Below, piece after piece: positions 44,574 to 55,412 of a DNA stretch of 64,000 nucleotides. Source of the stretch: Terriglobia bacterium (GTDB lineage Bacteria > Acidobacteriota > Terriglobia > Bryobacterales > Bryobacteraceae); NCBI GenBank assembly GCA_020073445.1, contig JAIQFE010000010.1:88740-152739 (forward strand). The letters run 5' to 3'. Below the pieces are notes generated by a model, which did no database searches, had not been told where the DNA came from, and was given only the letters and a program-made list of their open reading frames with translations. The translations under genes were made by a program, and so were the position numbers. The stretch's first letter is position 1. Every line of letters starts with the position of its first letter.

Positions 44574-45935
44574 ATGTCTGCCGCTAAAGCGACGGATTCC
44601 GGCCCGAAGAAAGGCGCCGCGGAGAAAGTCTTGTCTCTGCTGGCCGATGTGCGGGCGGGCGAGGGCGTCGGCGTCTTGTTGCTGGCGCTGAACTCTTTCC
44701 TGCTGCTGATGAGCTACTACCTGCTGAAAACCGTGCGGGAGCCGCTCATCTTGACCCAGGGCGGCGCCGAGGTGAAGGCGTATTCGGCCGCGCTGCAGGC
44801 GCTGCTCTTATTGGGGATCGTCCCGGCCTACGGGGCACTGGCTTCGCGCGTCAGCCGCATCCGCCTGATCACCTGGGTCACGCTGATATTCGTAGTAAAT
44901 CTCTTGCTGTTTTACGCCTTCGGCGTGGCGGGAGTGCGCGAGGGCGTGGTTTTCTTCTTATGGGTGGGAATCTTTAACGTCTTCGTCGTGGCCCTGTTCT
45001 GGTCCTTCGCCAACGACTTGTACTCCGAATCCCACGGAAAGCGCCTGTTTCCCGCGATAGCGATCGGCGGCTCGCTGGGAAGCCTGGTGGGAGCCCAGGC
45101 GGCTGCCATGATCATGCGCGTCACCGGTCCGTATCCCTTGATGCTGATCGCGGCCGGGGTGCTGGTGGTCTGTATCCTGATCAGCCGCGTGATTCATTAC
45201 CGGGCTGCGTCCGACGCGGCGCATTTTTCCGCCGGACACGCGGCGGCTCCGTTGGCCCGAACGGGCACCCTGGAACTGCTGCTGCGCGATCGTTATCTGC
45301 TGCTGATCGCGTTGCTGGTCTTGCTGCTGAATGTGGTGAACAATTCCGGCGAGTTTCTGCTCGGGAAGCTGGTCACGGCCGATGCGATTCGCGTGGCCGG
45401 TTCCAACATAGGCCTCCAGGAAAAGATCATCGGGGAGTTTTACGGACACTACGAGGTCTGGTACAACAGCGTGGCGCTGGGGTTGCAGATGTTCGCTGTG
45501 TCCCGCATCTTCCGGTACGCGGGAGTTCGCGGCGCGCTGTTCGTCCTTCCCGCCCTGGCCATGGGGAGTTATTCGTTCCTGCTGTTGCTGCCGGTACTGC
45601 CGGTGATACGCTGGCTCAAAATCCTGGAGAACGGCGCGGATTACTCGGTGCAGAACACCACGGTGCACGCGCTGTTCCTGCCCACCAGCCGGGAGGCGAA
45701 ATACAAAGCCAAGGCGGCTATCGACACGTTCTTCAAACGTGCAGGAGATGTGATCGAGGCAGGCGTCGTTAAGGTGGGATCCCTGTTCGAACTCGGGATT
45801 CAGGGCTTTGCCGTGATCAATCTGGTGTTGACCCTGGTCTGGTTCGCCGTGGCTTTCGCAATCGCACGCGCGCACCGCAGGCGGGCCGAGAAGGAACCTC
45901 AGCCGAAAACTGCGGACGCACCCGTTCTAGCATGA
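44574..45935 (+). CDS. TLC/AAA-family (ATP:ADP antiporter-like) MFS-type transporter.
   Basis: 453 aa, about 11-12 TM segments. The N-terminal amphipathic region and ..LLLALNSFLLLMSYYLLKTVREPLIL.. resemble the Npt/Tlc family. Confidence 0.5.
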   Translation: MSAAKATDSGPKKGAAEKVLSLLADVRAGEGVGVLLLALNSFLLLMSYYLLKTVREPLILTQGGAEVKAYSAALQALLLLGIVPAYGALASRVSRIRLITWVTLIFVVNLLLFYAFGVAGVREGVVFFLWVGIFNVFVVALFWSFANDLYSESHGKRLFPAIAIGGSLGSLVGAQAAAMIMRVTGPYPLMLIAAGVLVVCILISRVIHYRAASDAAHFSAGHAAAPLARTGTLELLLRDRYLLLIALLVLLLNVVNNSGEFLLGKLVTADAIRVAGSNIGLQEKIIGEFYGHYEVWYNSVALGLQMFAVSRIFRYAGVRGALFVLPALAMGSYSFLLLLPVLPVIRWLKILENGADYSVQNTTVHALFLPTSREAKYKAKAAIDTFFKRAGDVIEAGVVKVGSLFELGIQGFAVINLVLTLVWFAVAFAIARAHRRRAEKEPQPKTADAPVLA

Positions 45936-48124
45936 AGTTCCCCGGGCTTCCGAATTCCTCCACGGCCCGCCAGGCGATTCTGGTGTCGGGCCTGATGATG
46001 GCCTGGCAGCTGGCCGCGAAGACCACGCGCGATAGCTTGTTCCTGGCCGTGTTCCCGGCCTCGGCTCTTCCTCCAGCCGTGGGAGCGGCGGCCGTCTGCT
46101 CCATCATCGTTGCGCTTTTCAGTGCGAAGTTGGTGCATCGCTTTGGTCCTTACCGGTTGATTCCATCGGTGTATCTGCTGGGCGCCGGACTACACGTGGC
46201 CGAGTGGATACTTCTCACGACCTTTCCCCGGCCTGTCGCAGCGTTCATTTATATCCACATCATGGCGCTCGGTCCAGTGATGCTCTCCGGATTTTGGGCC
46301 CTGGCCAGCGAACGGTTCGATCCCCGCGAGGCTCGCCGTCGATTCGGCCAAATCGCGGGCGCCGGGACTCTGGGAAGTCTGGCAGGCGGCTTGATGGCGG
46401 AGCGGGTCGCGGCCCTGACCACCAGCGCCGACCTACTCATTCTGCTCGCGGTGCTGCAGCTCGCGGGCGGCCTGGCCTTATTCCGCTTCGCTCCGCAACA
46501 CTCGGCGGAAAAGAAGCATGAGATTCCTTCTTTTCCTGAAATGCTTTCGGGCGCGCCCTACCTGGTGGGGCTGGCTGCCTTCGTGATGCTGATCTCGATG
46601 AGCGCGGCCGGTCTCGATTTTCTTTTCCGCTCGAGCGCCCTCACGCAGTTTGGCAAAGGCGCCGCCCTCAGCCGATTCTTCGCGATCTTTTACACGTCCA
46701 CTTCCTTGGCGACATTCGGGGTTCAAGCCGGCCTCAGCCGGATTTGGCTAAAGCGGTTCGGTCCGGGGCACACCGTGGCCGTACTTCCCGTGGCTGTAAC
46801 CGGGGTCAGTCTGGTGTCCCTGCTGGTTCCCGGCGCGGCGGCTATCTTCTTTAGCCGGGGACTGGAGGTTCTGCTGAGAGGATCGCTGTTCCGCTCCGGA
46901 TACGAGCTGTTCTACACGCCTATGCCGGCGGCCGAGCGGCGCTCGGTCAAAACCGTGATCGATATTGGAGCGGACCGTCTCGGAGAGGGATTGGCCGCCG
47001 CGTCGATTCAGCTCTTGCTGGTGTTCCCCGCGGAGATTTCCTTCCGCGTCATCCTCGCCGCTACTGCGATATGGGCGGGCGTGGCCTCGTGGCTCGCGTT
47101 CCGGCTGGATCGGGCCTACATAGCGGTGCTGGAAAAAGGCCTGGCACGCCAGACCGTCACGATTACTCCGGAAGAAGCCGAGGATGCCGTTACGCGATCG
47201 ATCGTGCTCCGTTCGTCGTCGATGATTGCCGGAGTGGGAGCGGGGCAGCACGGATCCGATTCTCTGCCTATCCATCCCGCCGATATCACCTTGCGTCGGC
47301 TGGCTGAATTGCGATCCAAGGACCCGCTGCGCGCGCGAGCGGCACTGCACGCCATCGATTTGCGGGATCCGCTGCTGGTGCCGCAAGTGATCGCACTGCT
47401 GGGCCGTGATGAAACGGCGCGCGCCGCTCACGAGGCTCTTTCCAGGGCGGCCGATAACATCGCGGGACAGCTCGCGGACCGCCTGGCTGATCCCATGGAG
47501 AACGAAAAAGTTCGCCGCCGCATTCCGCGAGTGCTGGCGGCCTCGAAGAGTCCGCTGGCCTGGCAGGGCCTGTTCCGGCAACTGCGCGATGAGCGCTTCG
47601 AAATTCGCCAGCGCTGCGCCAAGGGGCTCGAGAAGATGCTTCAGGTGAATCCAGAGTTCCGGCCGCAGCCCGTTGCAGTGTTCGAAATCGTCGCCAGCGA
47701 GCTGACCATCAGCCGGAAAAGTTTATCGAAAGCGGCGGCGGCGTCAGCGCCAGAGGAGGCGGATGGCGCGGACTTAGTCGACGAGGTGCTGCGCGAAAGA
47801 GGATCGCAGGTGATGACGCATGTCGCGACGCTGCTGGGTCTGGTGCTGCCTCAGCAATCCGTCCGGCTGGCGTTTCGGGCGCTATATACCGAAGACGCGA
47901 AGCTGCGTGGCGTCGCGCTGGAATATCTGGACAGTGTCTTGCCCAAGGGACTTCGCGAGCAGTTGGCCGCTCAGATCGAGGGTCCTGTGGCGCGTCCCGC
48001 GAAGAGCGGAACGGCTCCCGAGGAGGCCTTGTCCAATCTGATGGATGAGAGCCCGTCGATCATGGCGCGGCTGGAGCACCTAAGGGGCGACGCGCCGGAG
48101 CGCAAGGGTTCGTCGGGAACATAG
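45932..48124 (+). CDS. Membrane-transporter-like domain fused to a C-terminal HEAT-repeat region.
   Basis: 730 aa. The N-terminal about 400 aa have multiple TM helices, paralogous in style to the upstream transporter. The C-terminal about 300 aa have Ala/Leu/Arg-rich repeats (..PLLVPQVIALLGRDETARAAHEALSRAADNIAGQL..RIPRVLAASKSPLAWQGLFRQLRDERFEIRQRCAKGLEKM..) typical of HEAT/PBS repeats. ATGA overlap with the upstream gene. Confidence 0.55.
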   Translation: MKFPGLPNSSTARQAILVSGLMMAWQLAAKTTRDSLFLAVFPASALPPAVGAAAVCSIIVALFSAKLVHRFGPYRLIPSVYLLGAGLHVAEWILLTTFPRPVAAFIYIHIMALGPVMLSGFWALASERFDPREARRRFGQIAGAGTLGSLAGGLMAERVAALTTSADLLILLAVLQLAGGLALFRFAPQHSAEKKHEIPSFPEMLSGAPYLVGLAAFVMLISMSAAGLDFLFRSSALTQFGKGAALSRFFAIFYTSTSLATFGVQAGLSRIWLKRFGPGHTVAVLPVAVTGVSLVSLLVPGAAAIFFSRGLEVLLRGSLFRSGYELFYTPMPAAERRSVKTVIDIGADRLGEGLAAASIQLLLVFPAEISFRVILAATAIWAGVASWLAFRLDRAYIAVLEKGLARQTVTITPEEAEDAVTRSIVLRSSSMIAGVGAGQHGSDSLPIHPADITLRRLAELRSKDPLRARAALHAIDLRDPLLVPQVIALLGRDETARAAHEALSRAADNIAGQLADRLADPMENEKVRRRIPRVLAASKSPLAWQGLFRQLRDERFEIRQRCAKGLEKMLQVNPEFRPQPVAVFEIVASELTISRKSLSKAAAASAPEEADGADLVDEVLRERGSQVMTHVATLLGLVLPQQSVRLAFRALYTEDAKLRGVALEYLDSVLPKGLREQLAAQIEGPVARPAKSGTAPEEALSNLMDESPSIMARLEHLRGDAPERKGSSGT

Positions 48125-48140
48125 GCTGACCCCACTTGAG

Positions 48141-48575
48141 TCAAACAGGCCGACGCGGCACCCAGACGTTCGGAGTCACGACGAATACTACCTCGCCCCT
48201 CTGATTCCGAGCCGTGGATCGGAGCTTCACGATGCCGTGAGTGGGCTTGGACTTCGAAGGCCGGATCTCGAGTATTTCCGTCTCGACTTGAATGGTATCG
48301 CCGGGACGCACTGGCAGCGGCCATGCCATGTTGTCCACGCCCATTCCCAGGATGGGTAAACTCCCCAGCGGCTTCGCGTCGGCAACCAGACGCATCACCA
48401 GGGCACCGGTATGCCATCCGCTGGCGATTAATCCGCCCTCTGCGTTCGGGTCCGTATGCATCGGCTGCGGGTCGAATTTGCGCGAGAAGTCGAGGATCTC
48501 CGCCTCCGTGATCGTCACCGAGTCTGTTTTGGTTTTTTCGCCGACCTGAAGGTCTTCTAGGTAACGATCACTCAC
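48141..48575 (-). CDS. MaoC-like (hotdog fold) dehydratase.
   Basis: GTG start at 48575 overlapping the LytTR stop (GTGA). ..VSDRYLEDLQVGEKTKTDSVTITEAEILDFSRKFDPQPMHTDPNAEGGLIASGWHT.. is the MaoC dehydratase signature. Confidence 0.7.
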   Translation of the reverse strand: MSDRYLEDLQVGEKTKTDSVTITEAEILDFSRKFDPQPMHTDPNAEGGLIASGWHTGALVMRLVADAKPLGSLPILGMGVDNMAWPLPVRPGDTIQVETEILEIRPSKSKPTHGIVKLRSTARNQRGEVVFVVTPNVWVPRRPV

Positions 48576-49348
48576 AGCTTCAGCAGCGCTCGCAGCCGCT
48601 TGGTCTGGACGCGGCTCACCGGGATCTCGGTCTGTTTCTTGTCGTCCATGCGGAGCTGGAAACTGGACTTGAACCACGGGATCACTTCCTTGATCCGGTG
48701 GATGTTCACCAGATAAGACCGGTGCACGCGCCAGAAAGTATCGGGATCGAGATTGGATTGCAGCTCTTCTATGGTTCGGTAATTGGACTGGCCTTCCAGG
48801 TTACTGGCGACCACGGTGATCAGCCCGTCGTCGATGGTGGCGTAGACCACGTCCTGCGCGTCGACGATGAAGTTCCGCTGGTTGCTTCTCACCAGGAGCT
48901 TGCTGCGCTGCAGGGCAGGCTTGGGCGAAGGCGGCTCAGGCGGGGCGCCTTTATTTCGATCGCTTACCGCTTTGCGTGCGCGATCCACGGCCACCGTCAG
49001 GCGTTCCTTGTCGACCGGCTTCAGGACGTAATCGAGCGCTTCCCACCGGAAAGCCTCCACGGCGTACTGATCGTAGGCCGTGGCCATGACGAAGTGGGGC
49101 AGGGGAATGTCGAGCTCCCGCAGCTTGCGGATGACGCTCATGCCGTCCAGGCCGGGCATCTGGACGTCCAGGAACACCAGGTCCGGCTCCAGATCCTGGA
49201 TGAGCTTCAGCGCCTCAAGGCCATTAGACGCCGTGGCGATGATCTCGATATCGGGGAACTCCTTGAGCTGGTAGGCCAATTCCTCGGAGGCGAGTTTTTC
49301 ATCGTCCACCAGGATCGCGGAGATAGTCGCAGTCGCGCGATTCTGCAT
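48572..49348 (-). CDS. LytTR-family two-component response regulator (orphan; no kinase gene adjacent).
   Basis: 258 aa. Receiver domain (..ILVDDEKLASEE.., ..LVFLDVQMPGLDG.., ..ATAYDQYA..) plus a C-terminal LytTR DNA-binding domain (..FWRVHRSYLVNIHRIKEV..). Confidence 0.85.
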   Translation of the reverse strand: MQNRATATISAILVDDEKLASEELAYQLKEFPDIEIIATASNGLEALKLIQDLEPDLVFLDVQMPGLDGMSVIRKLRELDIPLPHFVMATAYDQYAVEAFRWEALDYVLKPVDKERLTVAVDRARKAVSDRNKGAPPEPPSPKPALQRSKLLVRSNQRNFIVDAQDVVYATIDDGLITVVASNLEGQSNYRTIEELQSNLDPDTFWRVHRSYLVNIHRIKEVIPWFKSSFQLRMDDKKQTEIPVSRVQTKRLRALLKL

Positions 49349-49477
49349 GAAATGCTAGTATATCAAGACAGGTGTTTTGCCCTCGCACGTCTTCGCCGCT
49401 CCCTGCATCGAAACGGCCTAAGACGACTGCCGGTGTCCAGAGGGCACGCCCGATAGGCCCAGGTAGGCCAGGAGGAT

Positions 49478-50797
<1,320 letters not shown>

Positions 50798-50839
50798 TCT
50801 CGCCTCGCGCGCGCCCGGCTTGCCTATGAATGTCTGCCC

Positions 50840-51838
50840 ATGAATTCCCTCGTTATAGGAGGAACAGGATTCGTCGGCCAGACGTTGGTGGCAGAGCTCC
50901 TGAAAGCCGGCCACAGCGTCACCGTGATGCACCGCCGCGCCAAGCATAACCTGGGCCGCAAAGTCCGAAATATCATGGCCGACCGCAATGACGCGCAGGC
51001 CGTGCGCGCCGCACTGGCCGGGACGAAATTCGAGCTGGTCTTCGACAACGTCTACGATTGGGAACGCGGCACCACCGCGGGCCACGTGGAAGCCACGGTG
51101 CGCGCGGCTGGCGACAATATCAAGCGCTACGTATTCATGTCGAGCGTCGCGGCGTACGGCGACGGGCTGAATCACCACGAAGGCGACGCTCTGGCTCCCG
51201 ATGACGCACCTGAGTTGTACGTCCGCAACAAGGCCATGAGCGAACGCGCCCTTTTCCGCCTGCATCAGCGGATCGGACTGCCGGTGGTGACGCTGCGTCC
51301 GCCCTACATTTACGGGCCGGGCAATCCGTTTTATCGCGAAGCGTTTTTCTGGGATCGTTTGCGCGCCGGCCGCGCCATCATTGTTCCGGGCGACGGCCGC
51401 CGCCTGATGCAGTTCGTTTATATTAAGGACCTGGTGAAGGCGGCGATACGCGCTATCGACGAACCAGCCGCCATCGGGCACGCGTTCAACATCGCCAATC
51501 CCCGGCCGATTTCCCAGACGGAGGCCGTGGAAGCCTTCGCCAAAGCCTGCCGCAAGCAACCTAAGTTTGTCCGGATCCCGCGCGAATATATCCTTCGCGC
51601 GGGCGGGCATCCCATGGGTCCGAAGTTGTATTTCGGAATGTACCTGGACGTTCCACCGATCACCCTCGTCACAGCCAAGGCTCAGAGGGTGTTGAAATTC
51701 AAACCTACGGACTTCGTCGCGGGCTTAAAAGAGACCCACCGGTGGTACGTCCGCAATAATGGCTTTCCTAAGCCGGATTTTGGGTTTGAAGACGGGCTGC
51801 TGGCGAATGCGCCAGTCCTCTCGCCGTCGAAGGCCTGA
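50840..51838 (+). CDS. NAD-dependent epimerase/dehydratase (extended SDR) family protein.
   Basis: 332 aa. MNSLVIGGTGFVGQTLV Rossmann motif; ..YVRNKAMSE.. (the YxxxK region). Confidence 0.75.
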   Translation: MNSLVIGGTGFVGQTLVAELLKAGHSVTVMHRRAKHNLGRKVRNIMADRNDAQAVRAALAGTKFELVFDNVYDWERGTTAGHVEATVRAAGDNIKRYVFMSSVAAYGDGLNHHEGDALAPDDAPELYVRNKAMSERALFRLHQRIGLPVVTLRPPYIYGPGNPFYREAFFWDRLRAGRAIIVPGDGRRLMQFVYIKDLVKAAIRAIDEPAAIGHAFNIANPRPISQTEAVEAFAKACRKQPKFVRIPREYILRAGGHPMGPKLYFGMYLDVPPITLVTAKAQRVLKFKPTDFVAGLKETHRWYVRNNGFPKPDFGFEDGLLANAPVLSPSKA

Positions 51839-52304
51839 CGCGCCTCTTCAACTGGGCAGGTTCCAGAAAACGCGGCGCGTAGAATCGTGCCCGGCATCCT
51901 GTGCAGCGGAAGGGCCGGAGCAAGACCACGGATGCGGCCGCATCCAGAAAGCCGTCTGAGCGGGATCGCCTCACTTTGGGCGCTCCGCAACGCCAGCACT
52001 GCGGTAGAGAAAAGCCTCGCACAACACTCCGGATGATGAACCCGGCACAAATCAACGCGGCTACCAACAAAGATGGAATGAAGGCAAAAACCCGGGGATC
52101 CATAAATGGGACGCTTACTCCTAACTTTGAAGCTGGAGTGCACGATTCATTCCAAAGCCTAGTACCTCCTAAGCTGCTGGTGGCACGGAAGTACTAAGGT
52201 TCCTGGCGGTTTTGCCCCGGTAGTTTTCCCGGAACAATCTGCACACCTTAGGAAAGATCTGCTTGACGGCTCTCAGGATTCAGTCGTATGATTGAAACGA
52301 ACGT

Positions 52305-52922
52305 ATGACTGAAAGGACCGACACCAAGGTCAAGATACTGGACGCCGCGGAGAAGCTATTTGGAATGAATGGCTTTGACGGCACTTCCCTGCGCGATATC
52401 ACCTCCGCCGCGGACGTCAATCTCGCCGCTATTAACTATCATTTTCAGACCAAAGATAGCCTGATCGACGCGATTGTGGCCCGCCGCATCGAGCCGGTCA
52501 ACAAGAAGCGATTCGAGCTTCTGGATGCCGCGGGTCCGAATCCTACCGTTGAGCAGATCCTGACAGCGTTCATGGCCCCGGTCATGCAGGTCAAAGTCGA
52601 CGCGCTGGTGCCGCTGATCGGAAGGATCCTCTCTAACCCGGAGCTGTTTGTCGAGCGCGTTTTCCATAAACATCTGGTTCCGGTGTCGCGGCGTTTCGTC
52701 GAAGCGTTGTCCAAGGCGCTGCCGGAACTGCCGCCCTCGGAGATCCTGTGGCGACTGCATTTTTCGGTAGGAGTGATGACGCACACCATGCTGTGGGGGA
52801 GAATTTTCCCTAGAATCACCAACGGAGTGTGTGATATTTCCGACCGCGAGGCGCTGGTGGACCGGACGGTGCAGTTCGTTGCCGCAGGGTTTCGTGCCCC
52901 GGCATCCAAAGGGAGTGACTGA
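52305..52922 (+). CDS. TetR/AcrR-family transcriptional regulator.
   Basis: 205 aa. N-terminal HTH ..ILDAAEKLFGMNGFDGTSLRDITSAADVNLAAINYHFQTKDSL.. Confidence 0.85.
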   Translation: MTERTDTKVKILDAAEKLFGMNGFDGTSLRDITSAADVNLAAINYHFQTKDSLIDAIVARRIEPVNKKRFELLDAAGPNPTVEQILTAFMAPVMQVKVDALVPLIGRILSNPELFVERVFHKHLVPVSRRFVEALSKALPELPPSEILWRLHFSVGVMTHTMLWGRIFPRITNGVCDISDREALVDRTVQFVAAGFRAPASKGSD

Positions 52923-52923
52923 T

Positions 52924-54240
52924 ATGAAACGATTCCTACCCGCACTCGTACTTCTTGCCCCGTTGGGGTTTGCGCAGGACGTCATGCAATTGACCCTGAA
53001 GCGCGCCGTGGACATCGCCCTGACGCCTGAAGGCAGCGCCCGTGTGGCGCTGGCCGAGCAATCGGTCCGGGTGTCGGAAACGCACGTGAATCAGGCTCGT
53101 TCGGCGTTTTTTCCCAATGTCGATGGCACGGTGAACGAGCGCAGCCAAACCGTCAACCTGCACACGTTCGGCTTCAACTTCAGTTTTCCGGGATTCTCGA
53201 TTCCGAGCATTGTGGGGCCCTTCAGTATCTTCGACGCGCGCGCCTCCACGCAATTAACGGTGCTGGATTTCACGACCATCCGCAAGTATCAGGCCTCGCG
53301 CACCGGTTTGCAGGCCGCCAAAGCGGATCTGGATGTGACCAAAGACCAAGTCAGCGAGCAGGTGGCTCGTGCGTATCTCGCCAGCCTGCGCGAGGACGCC
53401 GCATACGAGGCGGCGCGCGCCAATGTCGAACTTTCCGAGGCCCTGCTGCGGCTGGCGCAGTCGCAGAAGGACGCCGGCACCGGAACGGGTATCGAAGTCA
53501 CGCGCGCGCAGGTGCAGTTGGCAAACGATCGCCAGCGCCTGATCGTGGCCGAGAACAATCGCCGCCGGGCGGTCCTGCAGCTGTTGCGGGCCATGGGCCT
53601 CGATCTGAAAGTGGATGTTCAGCTGAGTGACAAGCTCTCCTATCAGCCGGTGGATACCGCCGCGGTGGAATCGCTTCTCGAAACCGCGCGTAAGGGCCGC
53701 TCCGACCTGAAGGCGCAGCAGCAGCACCAGCAGACTGCCCGCATGAACTATTCGGCAGTGGAAGCCGAGCGGCTGCCCTCGGTCTCCGCGTACGGCGACT
53801 ACGGGACCATCGGAAACGAGATCGTGGGTGCGCATCCGACGCATACCATCGGGGTTCAGCTCAAGGTGCCGTTGTATGACGGCGGGCGGCGATCTTCGCG
53901 TAAGCAGGAAAGTCTGCTGCAAGTTCGTGAAGAAGAAATTCGCACGCGCGACTTAGGGTTGCAGGTGGAACTGGATGTACGGCTGGCGCTCGACAGCCTG
54001 CGTTCGGCCGACAGCCAGGTGAAGACGGCGGGTGAGGGATTGACGCTGGCGCAGAGCGAACTGGAACAAGCCCAGCGCCGGTACCAAGCCGGCGTGGCGA
54101 ATTCGCTCGAGGTCACGGATGCGCAAACCCGCTTGGATCGCGCGCGCGATAACCAGGTGGATGCGCTTTATAACTACAACCTTGCCCGGTTGGAATTAGC
54201 TACGGCCACCGGCGCCATTCAGGAGTATGTCCAGAAATGA
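52924..54240 (+). CDS. TolC-family outer-membrane efflux protein.
   Basis: Start at MKRFLPALVLLAPLGFAQD (the track ORF starts 52831). Two repeated coiled-coil / beta-barrel halves, ending ..LNYNLARLELATATG.. Confidence 0.8.
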   Translation: MKRFLPALVLLAPLGFAQDVMQLTLKRAVDIALTPEGSARVALAEQSVRVSETHVNQARSAFFPNVDGTVNERSQTVNLHTFGFNFSFPGFSIPSIVGPFSIFDARASTQLTVLDFTTIRKYQASRTGLQAAKADLDVTKDQVSEQVARAYLASLREDAAYEAARANVELSEALLRLAQSQKDAGTGTGIEVTRAQVQLANDRQRLIVAENNRRRAVLQLLRAMGLDLKVDVQLSDKLSYQPVDTAAVESLLETARKGRSDLKAQQQHQQTARMNYSAVEAERLPSVSAYGDYGTIGNEIVGAHPTHTIGVQLKVPLYDGGRRSSRKQESLLQVREEEIRTRDLGLQVELDVRLALDSLRSADSQVKTAGEGLTLAQSELEQAQRRYQAGVANSLEVTDAQTRLDRARDNQVDALYNYNLARLELATATGAIQEYVQK

Positions 54241-55412
54241 AGAAACGACGAGTAGTCCTGATTCTTCTGGTGCTGGCCGCCGCGAGCGGCGGTGCGTGGT
54301 ACTGGTATTCCGAAGCCAGGAATCACAACACCAATATTATCCCAGTGTCCGGCAATCTGGAGCTCACGCAGGTGGACCTTTCCTTTAAAACGGCGGGACG
54401 CATGACGGAGCTGGCGGTGCGCGAAGGCGATTTCGTGAAGAAGGGCGACCTGATCGCGAAGCTCGATTCCGCACAGTTGGAGCAGCAACTGCTGCGCGAC
54501 CAAGCTGCGGTCGCGTCGGCGCAATCCTCCTTGCAGCAATTGCAGACCTCGATCGAATACCAGGCCGCGACCATCGACAGCGACATCTCCACGCGCCGGG
54601 CGGAGCTGGCGCAGGCGCAGGCGAAGCTGGATGAACTGCTGGCGGGAAGCCGTCCGCAAGAGATACAGCAGGCGCAATCGGCCGTTGCGGACGCGAAAGC
54701 CTGGAACGACCAGGCGAAGTCGGATTGGGAACGCGCGCAAACGCTATTCTCGCGCGAGGATATTTCGAAGTCGCAGTACGACCAGGCCCGCGCGAAACTC
54801 GACAGTACTGCGGCGCAGCTTCGGCAGGCGCAGGATCGCCTGGCATTGGTACAGGAGGGCCCGCGCAAGGAAGAAATCGCCGGAGCGCGTGCCCAGGTGG
54901 CCCGGTCCCAGGCAGCGGTGCAGACCGCGGAAGCGAATCGGATCGAGCTGCGGCGCAAGCAAGAGGAACTTGCTGCGCGAAGGTCGGAGATCGACCGCAC
55001 GCGCGCACAAGTCGGCATGACGCAGACGCAGATCGCCGATTCGACGATCTTCGCGCCCATCGATGGCGTGGTCCTGGTGAAGTCGGCGGAAGCGGGCGAA
55101 GTGATCGCCGCCGGAACTACTATCGTGAGCCTGGGGGATATCGCACACCCGTGGCTGCGCGCGTATATCAATGAAACCGATCTAGGGCGGATCAAGCTGG
55201 GCGGCAAGGTGCAGCTCAGCACGGATTCGTTCAAGGGCAAGACCTACGAGGGCCGCATCTCATTCATTTCGTCCGAAGCGGAATTCACGCCGAAGCAGAT
55301 TCAGACCAAGGAAGAGCGGGTGAAGCTGGTGTACCGGATCAAGATCGACGTCGACAATCCGCACCAGGAGCTGAAGAACAACATGCCCGTCGACGGAGAA
55401 ATACTTTTGTGA
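54237..55412 (+). CDS. HlyD-family periplasmic adaptor (membrane fusion protein).
   Basis: 391 aa. N-terminal TM, a long coiled-coil (..LQQLQTSIEYQAATIDSDISTRRAELAQAQAKLDEL..) and a C-terminal beta-domain. ATGA overlap with the tolC-like gene. Confidence 0.85.
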   Translation: MKKRRVVLILLVLAAASGGAWYWYSEARNHNTNIIPVSGNLELTQVDLSFKTAGRMTELAVREGDFVKKGDLIAKLDSAQLEQQLLRDQAAVASAQSSLQQLQTSIEYQAATIDSDISTRRAELAQAQAKLDELLAGSRPQEIQQAQSAVADAKAWNDQAKSDWERAQTLFSREDISKSQYDQARAKLDSTAAQLRQAQDRLALVQEGPRKEEIAGARAQVARSQAAVQTAEANRIELRRKQEELAARRSEIDRTRAQVGMTQTQIADSTIFAPIDGVVLVKSAEAGEVIAAGTTIVSLGDIAHPWLRAYINETDLGRIKLGGKVQLSTDSFKGKTYEGRISFISSEAEFTPKQIQTKEERVKLVYRIKIDVDNPHQELKNNMPVDGEILL

